Source of the DNA: a virus
Lineage: Duplodnaviria; Caudoviricetes
IMG/VR virus record: IMGVR_UViG_3300011448_000001
Location: 1-64,000 of that record
Direction: 5' to 3' (one strand)
Length of the DNA stretch: 64,000 nucleotides
This document shows, in pieces, positions 57,122 through 64,000 of this stretch. Each line of letters starts with the position of its first letter. Position 1 is the first letter of the stretch. The position numbers and the translations under genes are program-made. The notes beneath the pieces are model-generated. The model searched no databases, was not told the origin of the DNA, and saw nothing but the letters and a program-made list of their open reading frames with translations.

Positions 57122-57263
57122 AACTTCTATGGCACGTATGGTTACGGTATATTATTATATACTTTTCGATCGTTACGAAAGTGTCAACCAATAGAATTCA
57201 TTTCCATCCAACGAGAGAATAATGAATCAATAAATTTTGTTTAACTTTTAAAACATAATCAAT

Positions 57264-58139
57264 ATGAAGATAATAATCATAAATAGAAGAAAGAATCATA
57301 GACTTTACAAGATTAATCCTGTAAATAGAGTATTGAAACTTAGCAAAGGTCTTAGACACGCTATTAAGAAAAATGGTGAGAAGGTGTCAATTCCAACCGA
57401 AATTACATATTATAGTGTGATTAAGAAAGCTAAAAATTCTACTATTAAAGAAATCTATAATAACTGGGTTAAAGAAAAGAGCGGTTCACACCCTCAGCCG
57501 AAATCATACTATTTTAATAATGAGGAATATAAACTTGTTAATAAAAAAACAGTTAAGTCAAGCGTAAAAGTTAACAAGAAGATGCAATATCTTCAGAAAC
57601 TTGCTTGGTATAAGATGGAAAAGTGGGATAAGAATAATCCTACACCGATACCACCAGAGAGTATGAAACCTGCTGACAAGATAGCGCTTGTAGAACATCA
57701 CAAGAAGTTACGTCGCGACACATATTCAAGGATTTGTACAAATCTGCTAATTATATATAATAAAAAGCAGGCAAAAACATATTATCAGGTATCAATAACA
57801 AAACAGGATCCGTCTTATCCATTTACAAAAATAGTAACAGTTTATTCTAAGAACCACGAGTCGTTGAATAAAGCTGAAACCGATTTTGTAAACAAAACGT
57901 TAAATTATATGACAAACAAAGATAAATCTTACGATAATGACTATCGTAGAACAGATTTATATAAGATTTCGGTACAAAACGGAGTTATAACAAAACAATT
58001 GTTAGATTTCCACACAACAAGACGACCTTCTAGATTAATGTACGAACATCAATATAAGAACTTCGTAAAGAACCTAAAGGTTCATATTGCTGGAAATATA
58101 ACAGTACCGTTTAAGTTTGAATATGCAAACGCAGCATAA
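57264..58139 (+). CDS. Basic hypothetical protein (291 aa)
   Basis: Complete ORF ending YANAA. Confidence 0.7.
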   Translation: MKIIIINRRKNHRLYKINPVNRVLKLSKGLRHAIKKNGEKVSIPTEITYYSVIKKAKNSTIKEIYNNWVKEKSGSHPQPKSYYFNNEEYKLVNKKTVKSSVKVNKKMQYLQKLAWYKMEKWDKNNPTPIPPESMKPADKIALVEHHKKLRRDTYSRICTNLLIIYNKKQAKTYYQVSITKQDPSYPFTKIVTVYSKNHESLNKAETDFVNKTLNYMTNKDKSYDNDYRRTDLYKISVQNGVITKQLLDFHTTRRPSRLMYEHQYKNFVKNLKVHIAGNITVPFKFEYANAA

Positions 58140-58216
58140 ATTCAAACAGCTTCAATAGTTTAACATAAAACGCTTGTATAACAAGAAATATCAATTTAAA
58201 TTTGATTTGAAGCACT

Positions 58217-60118
58217 ATGAAACTCAAGAATAAAAATCTACATGTATATGATGTAGAAATTTTCCCAAATTGTTTTCACATAACTTCAAAAGATACAGAA
58301 AACAATAAAATATACAAATTTGAGGTATCTTGTAGAAAATTTGAATTAGACAAAATATGTGACTATTTTAAAAGTGACGCCATTTTTGTAGGATATAATA
58401 ATCATCATTATGATGATTTATTTATAAATTACATAATGGAATATCGAGATAGTATGATTCATCTAAGCTATTGGGATATTTGTAAGTCCTTATTTAATAT
58501 GTCACAGCTCATTATTAAAGAAAACGATGAGCCAAGTTACCTATTAAAACACTTCAAATATGCTCATTATTTTAAATCTATTGATTTACTTTCAATGTTA
58601 GCAAGTAAGAAATTACGTGTAGGATTGAAAGAAATGCAGCTTACAATGCATTATCAGAATGTATACGAATATGAAGGAGACTTTACATCGTATATTAATG
58701 AAAATGATATAGATACTATGATTGAGTATAACATAAACGATGTACTTTCAACAGAGGAACTCCTCAACCGCTGTAAAAAGGATTTGGAAGTACGCGAATG
58801 GATAGAGGAAGAATATGGTATTAATGCCTATTCAATGGATGGTGTAAAAATTGGAGAAACATTACTTGAAACTTTCTACATAAAAGAAACAAAAATTCCT
58901 AAGAAAGTATTAGAGTCAATGCGTTCTCCAATGGATATGATTCCTTTAAAGGATGTAATATTACCATTCATAAAATTTGAGAACCCAAAACTCAAAGAAA
59001 TTTTAGAAGATATGAAATCGCGTGTTGTATCTTCTAAAGAAAGAAAAAGCTATGAGAAGCAGTTTGTGCTCTCAAATGTGGAATATTCGGTAGGTATAGG
59101 TGGAATCCATAGTCTACACAAACCGGAGATTTTCAGACCTAAAAATGATGAAATAATTGGGCATGCAGACGTAACAAGTATGTATCCTAGTTTATTAATA
59201 AAACATCATTTACAACCAAAACATTTAGGTGAAAAATTTCGCAAGATGTATGAAAATATATACAACCAACGTGTTGATGCGAAACATAACGGGCAGAAGT
59301 TTAAAAATGAAACGTTAAAACTGACATTAAACTCTGTAACAGGTAAAATGCAACAAGAAGTAAGCTGGATGTACGACCCATTCAATGTCTTTCGTATTCG
59401 TATTAACGGTCAATTGATATTGTTGATGTTAGTTGAACGCCTATTAAATATTGACTGTAAGATAGTACAAGTCAATACTGATGGTGTAATGTACATTTGT
59501 AAAAAGTCAAATCAGAATGCAGTCCAAGATGCTATTCATGATGTCGAAAACATCACACAGCTTAATTTTGAAGTAGGATGTTATGAAGCGTTTTTTCAGT
59601 ACGCAGGAAACGATTATTTTGGGATACTCGAAGGTTATGGACTATCACATGACCCAAAACTGATAGAAAAGAAAGGAATGTTTATAGATGAAACTAAATT
59701 AGGTAAAGGGTTAGCTCCGACTATTATACCTAAAGCAGTAATGAATTATTTCATTAACAACATTCCTGTAGAACAGACAATAACTACTTGCACTGATATA
59801 CGTGAATTCTTTATAGGACAACGTGTATCAAAGGATTTTAAAGTTGAATACAAAGACAAACGTATACAACGAATAAATAGATTCTATGCAAGTACTAATG
59901 GAGCATATCTATATAAATATAAAGAAAACAATGACGGTACAAGACAGTATTTTAATATGCTGACTAAATCTGGTGTAACAATTATGAATAAGTTAGATAA
60001 CTTAGACATAAAAAATAAAAATATAAATTACCGGTATTATATATCGGAGGCAAATAAAATTATAACAGAATTACGTACCGTTCAACTTGATCTATTTAAT
60101 CAATTCGGTAACCTTTGA
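58217..60118 (+). CDS. polB: Family B DNA polymerase
   Basis: ExoI YDVEIF, motif A ADVTSMYPS, motif B KLTLNSVTG, motif C VNTDG. Confidence 0.92.
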   Translation: MKLKNKNLHVYDVEIFPNCFHITSKDTENNKIYKFEVSCRKFELDKICDYFKSDAIFVGYNNHHYDDLFINYIMEYRDSMIHLSYWDICKSLFNMSQLIIKENDEPSYLLKHFKYAHYFKSIDLLSMLASKKLRVGLKEMQLTMHYQNVYEYEGDFTSYINENDIDTMIEYNINDVLSTEELLNRCKKDLEVREWIEEEYGINAYSMDGVKIGETLLETFYIKETKIPKKVLESMRSPMDMIPLKDVILPFIKFENPKLKEILEDMKSRVVSSKERKSYEKQFVLSNVEYSVGIGGIHSLHKPEIFRPKNDEIIGHADVTSMYPSLLIKHHLQPKHLGEKFRKMYENIYNQRVDAKHNGQKFKNETLKLTLNSVTGKMQQEVSWMYDPFNVFRIRINGQLILLMLVERLLNIDCKIVQVNTDGVMYICKKSNQNAVQDAIHDVENITQLNFEVGCYEAFFQYAGNDYFGILEGYGLSHDPKLIEKKGMFIDETKLGKGLAPTIIPKAVMNYFINNIPVEQTITTCTDIREFFIGQRVSKDFKVEYKDKRIQRINRFYASTNGAYLYKYKENNDGTRQYFNMLTKSGVTIMNKLDNLDIKNKNINYRYYISEANKIITELRTVQLDLFNQFGNL

Positions 60119-60127
60119 GTATAAGAA

Positions 60128-60688
60128 ATGATAATAGAAGTAAACACCAAGCTCTTCGGAGCTGCAGAAAAAATCAATTCAAATCAATTATTATTCCTAA
60201 GTTTGCTATTGGATAGAAATCAGAAAAGTAATCAAGACGTCCGCATGTTAGTCAGCCAAATGCAAGACGACGAAATAGCATACTTACTTGAACAGAATCT
60301 CGTAGAGTCAATAGAGAGACCTCATGGAATACATTATTTACCGACCGAAAAGCTTAAAGACTTTATCAAACCTGATAAAGATTACTTCGATCTGTTTTTT
60401 AATATGTATCCTGTATATGTAACACGACCAGACGGTACAAAGTCATACTTACGAACCAACGTAAATAAGTGCAAAGTAATGTACAAAAATATAGTCAATA
60501 ATAGCGAACTAATGGCAATTCATATAAATGATTGTTTAAAATTTGAAATAGAAAAAAAGACTAAAGTTGGTAAAATAGGTTACATGAAAACTATGTGGCG
60601 ATGGTTAGTAGATCATACATGGGAAGAATCTGAACAAGAGATGTTAGATAACCAACAAACAGATGCATATGGACAAGATATCATATAA
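60128..60688 (+). CDS. Conserved replication-module protein (186 aa)
   Basis: Lies between polB and the helicase; function not recognised. Confidence 0.65.
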   Translation: MIIEVNTKLFGAAEKINSNQLLFLSLLLDRNQKSNQDVRMLVSQMQDDEIAYLLEQNLVESIERPHGIHYLPTEKLKDFIKPDKDYFDLFFNMYPVYVTRPDGTKSYLRTNVNKCKVMYKNIVNNSELMAIHINDCLKFEIEKKTKVGKIGYMKTMWRWLVDHTWEESEQEMLDNQQTDAYGQDII

Positions 60689-61598
60689 TCTAAGCATACG
60701 TCCAATGTCTGTTGTAGTAGATGAAGCAATAACATATATAGAAGGTAGAAAAACTAAAAATATAACTTCATTAACTACACGTTGGAATAAGTTTAACAAT
60801 GTGTGTATGGGTGGTATTGAACCAAATACTATATACACAATATCTGGAATTTCTGGTAGTGGTAAAAGTTCCTTTGCGAACCTAATCACATCAGATATAA
60901 TTGATTTGAATAAAAAAGAACAAATAGTTATACTTGTGTTCTCATTAGAAATGGTTGGATTTAGGCAAATTGGAAGAACGTTATCAAATAAGCTCAAGAT
61001 TACGACTTCTGATTTGTATAGTGCGAATAGCGACCTCGATGACAGTACTCTGAAAAAAGTTATCGATGTTTCCAATCAGCTGAGAGATTACCCTATCTAC
61101 TTTGTAGATACACCAGGAACTCCAGCACAAGTAGAAGCTACAATAAGGAGTTTTTATGACGAGTTTGTAAAAAATAAAAAATGTCACTTTGTTATATTTT
61201 ACGATCATACTCTTTTAACAAAGAAAATTGGTAGTACAATAGACACTGTGTCAGAACTTGAAAACGCTTTTATTGGGATAAAAAAATTGCCTAAAACTAG
61301 CATAATTCAAATATCTCAATTAAATCGTAATATAGAAGCTCCAGAACGTATAAACAATCCATCATCGCATTATCCAATGCGTAGTGACTTGTCTTCATCA
61401 GATGCTATGTTTCAAGCAAGCGATTATGTATTCGTCATACACAGACCAGAACTATTACAAATAATGGAATATGGTCCAAATCGTTTACCTACAAAAAACA
61501 AGATTTATATGCATCTATTAAAAAATAGAGATGCTGGAAAACCTTGTATCCTAGAATTTGAGAATGACTTAGCACATAATAACTTCATAGAGACATAA
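60663..61598 (+). CDS. dnaB: DnaB-like replicative helicase
   Basis: Walker A GISGSGKS, FSLEM, IFYDH, ISQLNR and LKNRDAG. Confidence 0.88.
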   Translation: MHMDKISYNLSIRPMSVVVDEAITYIEGRKTKNITSLTTRWNKFNNVCMGGIEPNTIYTISGISGSGKSSFANLITSDIIDLNKKEQIVILVFSLEMVGFRQIGRTLSNKLKITTSDLYSANSDLDDSTLKKVIDVSNQLRDYPIYFVDTPGTPAQVEATIRSFYDEFVKNKKCHFVIFYDHTLLTKKIGSTIDTVSELENAFIGIKKLPKTSIIQISQLNRNIEAPERINNPSSHYPMRSDLSSSDAMFQASDYVFVIHRPELLQIMEYGPNRLPTKNKIYMHLLKNRDAGKPCILEFENDLAHNNFIET

Positions 61599-61630
61599 TC
61601 TGTGAAGATATAATAGAAAGGCTGACAATT

Positions 61631-62083
61631 ATGAAGACATACATTTTTAAGAGTACAACAAACAATACAAGTAATAATCCTACAAAGAGCAATAGTGCAC
61701 AGAACATCATGAATAAGGAGCTTGCTGAGAAGATTCTTAACTTTGCACCTTATTTAAACAAGAATACACCTAAGAAGGAAAAGAAAACAATTGAAATTCC
61801 TATTACATTTGATTTCTATGGAAAGACTACTATTCCAAGCTTCTTTAATAAGCATACAATGTCATTTGACGAGGCTTGCAAGATTATTCTTGGTTATAAG
61901 AATAACATGATTGAGAAGGATATTTACGACTTTGAGCTTCCGGATGGAACTCCGGTACGAATCTTTGATGATGAGATTCAGATTGGTTACGATCTGTTTG
62001 ATCTCAACAATCTCTTTTACGAGGCAACTGAGCCTAAGAAGAAGCAGATTATCATCGATCTCGCAATTAAAATAAAGAAATAA
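61631..62083 (+). CDS. Hypothetical protein (150 aa)
   Basis: Complete ORF. Confidence 0.65.
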   Translation: MKTYIFKSTTNNTSNNPTKSNSAQNIMNKELAEKILNFAPYLNKNTPKKEKKTIEIPITFDFYGKTTIPSFFNKHTMSFDEACKIILGYKNNMIEKDIYDFELPDGTPVRIFDDEIQIGYDLFDLNNLFYEATEPKKKQIIIDLAIKIKK

Positions 62084-62109
62084 ACCAACAAATAATAGAC
62101 GTATAACGC

Positions 62110-62850
62110 ATGGAAGGTTTTATACTACCGACAAGCAAAATACCAGCGGTTTCTGTAAACCCAAAATTTCTAATACTGTACGGTCGACCTAAAGCAGGAA
62201 AGACTTCTGCAGTAGCACAATTAGAAAATAACCTAATCATAGACCTTGAAGGAGGATCTACATTTATAGATGCTATGGCTGTACAAGCCAGAAACATTAA
62301 CGATCTCGGAAACATTGCTCAAGCAATTAGGCAAAAAAATGAAGAGGTTGGAAAAAGCTTTTATACTCACATAACAATAGATAACGCAACTCGTTTAGAA
62401 GAAATGTGCTTAGATTATGCAAAAATTCTTTATAAGAAAACACCATTAGGCAAAAAATATGATGGTGATGATATAAGAACACTTCCAAACGGTTCTGGTT
62501 ATTTATACTTAAGACAAGCTGTTAGAAAAGTAATAGATATGTTTAAAGAACTATGTGATGAATTTATTCTAATTGGACATGTAAAAGATGTACAAATAGA
62601 ACAAAATGGACAAGAACTGTCAGAAATGGCAATAGATCTTGTAGGAAAGCTTGGAGGAATAATATGTGGAGAATCCGATGCTGTTGGATATATTTACCGA
62701 AAAGGAAATGAAACTCATATAAGTTTCAAAGGTGGAGATGGAACTATTAAAGAAGCTCGTGCACCACACCTTAGAGGTCAAGATATCATAATAGCAACAG
62801 GAAATGAAGATGGTACAATAACAACACATTGGGATAAAATATATAAGTAA
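62110..62850 (+). CDS. AAA_24/Sak4-like P-loop ATPase
   Basis: LYGRPKAGKT, IDLEGG, ITIDN and LIGHVKD. Confidence 0.8.
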   Translation: MEGFILPTSKIPAVSVNPKFLILYGRPKAGKTSAVAQLENNLIIDLEGGSTFIDAMAVQARNINDLGNIAQAIRQKNEEVGKSFYTHITIDNATRLEEMCLDYAKILYKKTPLGKKYDGDDIRTLPNGSGYLYLRQAVRKVIDMFKELCDEFILIGHVKDVQIEQNGQELSEMAIDLVGKLGGIICGESDAVGYIYRKGNETHISFKGGDGTIKEARAPHLRGQDIIIATGNEDGTITTHWDKIYK

Positions 62851-63059
62851 TGAACAAAGAGTTAGAATTTTTAAAAGAGCTACAAGCCACTTTACAAAAA
62901 GCAAAAGAAATAAATGATGAATATAATGAGTATGTTTTTGATAATAAAATCAACGATACTACTGCATTTGAGAATACAGCAGATATAGATAAAATATTAA
63001 CTTCTATTGAAAACCGTATATCTATCATTACTAAATCTATTGACAAAAATAAAGACTAA
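62850..63059 (+). CDS. Small hypothetical protein (69 aa)
   Basis: TAATG overlap with the ATPase. Confidence 0.5.
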   Translation: MNKELEFLKELQATLQKAKEINDEYNEYVFDNKINDTTAFENTADIDKILTSIENRISIITKSIDKNKD

Positions 63060-63076
63060 AACTAACAAACAGAACT

Positions 63077-63673
63077 ATGTATAATACAAAAAACGCTATA
63101 AATAATAATGAGGAGTTTAATTCCTCATATATGCCAGTCGGTATAAATGAAAATATAACACTTAAGGAAATCACTGCCGAGAAATCTCCAACAGGTAAAG
63201 ATTTCCTTCGTATAACATTCGAGAACGAGCAAGGACAAACTGCAGAGTTCACAGAATGGAAAAACGAAAAGAATCAGTGGATCACTACTGATGAAGAACT
63301 TCAGAAACGTGATAATGCACAATTTGGTAAGATTTTATTACTGTTTGATTGTTTCTTTGAAACACGACCAGAAGTAGAACTTAACAGTTTTGCAGAAATG
63401 ATTAACTGGGTTAAGAACACTCTTACTCCATTTATTTCATTAAAGAAACCATTGCGTTTAAAAGTAATATATGACAATAAAGGATTCACACGAGTGTCTC
63501 CTAATGGAATATATGTAGAACCAATGAGCGTTAATCCATCGCAGATTAAATTATTCAAGAAAGATGCTCTTGAACGAATCGTAAAGGCTGATGTAGAGCC
63601 TAAAAACGACCCGCTTGCTGTAACAAGCACTCCGGTTACTGCAACAGATAACGCAAACGATTTACCTTTCTAA
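63077..63673 (+). CDS. Probable single-stranded DNA-binding protein
   Basis: 198 aa, follows the ATPase; acidic-aromatic C-terminus NDLPF typical of SSBs. Confidence 0.6.
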   Translation: MYNTKNAINNNEEFNSSYMPVGINENITLKEITAEKSPTGKDFLRITFENEQGQTAEFTEWKNEKNQWITTDEELQKRDNAQFGKILLLFDCFFETRPEVELNSFAEMINWVKNTLTPFISLKKPLRLKVIYDNKGFTRVSPNGIYVEPMSVNPSQIKLFKKDALERIVKADVEPKNDPLAVTSTPVTATDNANDLPF

Positions 63674-63735
63674 CAAAAAGGTAATGGTGGAACGGCTGTT
63701 CCAACAGCCCCGGGGGAGATTATTCTCCCCCTTAT

Positions 63736-63807
63736 GGTCCGTTCGTCTATCGGTTAGGACGAGAGATTTTCATTCTCTAAAGAGGAGTTCGATTCTCCTA
63801 CGGACTA
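63736..63807 (+). tRNA. tRNA-Glu (UUC)
   Basis: GGTCCGT...AGAGA TT-TTC-AT TCTCT AAAG AGGAG TTCGATT CTCCT ACGGACT A. Confidence 0.9.
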
Positions 63808-63834
63808 CTAACGATGCTTAATTTATTAAGATTT

Positions 63835-64000
63835 ATGTACAGTACAGAAAATGCAATTACATTAAGTCTTAATGACATACGTCAAACTTTGAGTGATTAT
63901 GATATTTATGCATATTATATGGGTAAGTTCCAGGTAGGAAAGCTATATAATAGTCCTCTTAGAAATACAGATAAAAATCCAAGTTTTGCTATTTTTCCAG
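63835..64000 (+). CDS. dnaG: DNA primase, N-terminal fragment (runs off window end)
   Basis: MYSTENAI...YNSPLRNTDKNPSFAIF resembles the crAss primase N-terminus; position follows SSB. Confidence 0.65.
   Translation, partial: MYSTENAITLSLNDIRQTLSDYDIYAYYMGKFQVGKLYNSPLRNTDKNPSFAIFP

Noticed and set aside
16457-60118. Introns or inteins in terL, MCP-region genes or polB
   Set aside because: Reconstructed lengths are ordinary and motifs are contiguous.
52061-61075. Minus-strand ORFs 52061..52657 and 60644..61075
   Set aside because: Shadows of the 490-aa gene and DnaB.
1-64000. TGA-to-Trp recoding
   Set aside because: TGA terminates genes at ATGA overlaps (e.g. 13977, 22053, 26569, 36789), and Trp is encoded by TGG in conserved motifs.
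1-64000. CRISPR array, DGR or shufflon
   Set aside because: No regularly spaced repeats, reverse transcriptase or invertase seen.

Overview
A 64-kb segment of an AT-rich crAss-like phage genome (Crassvirales, Bacteroidota host inferred). No host DNA is apparent. The minus strand from 1 to 37.8 kb is the late virion and lysis module: muzzle and ring proteins, spanin/holin/DUF5675, auxiliary capsid, major capsid, portal, terminase, five or more tail-fibre proteins and dUTPase. The ORF track shatters these genes because TAG is read as Gln (code 15). Reading through TAG joins the fragments in frame into full-length genes, and a tRNA-Gln-like amber suppressor (anticodon CUA) lies at 35862-35933. 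Recoded plus-strand genes continue from 38.0 to 40.4 kb. From about 40.6 kb the early and replication genes (ECF sigma, PolB, DnaB, AAA ATPase, primase start) have no internal TAG and read under either code. The most unusual content is RNA. It includes a circularly permuted tmRNA, four 46-56 nt tRNA-like elements with only acceptor and T arms, an array of four hairpins with a GARYCW-NN-GARYCW loop, a hammerhead ribozyme upstream of tRNA-Leu, a 2-kb hairpin-dense non-coding tract and a candidate -1 frameshift pseudoknot. Two tandem ribosomal bL12-CTD-like proteins add to a translation-manipulation theme. All joins, alignments and folds were made by eye, and no database was searched.
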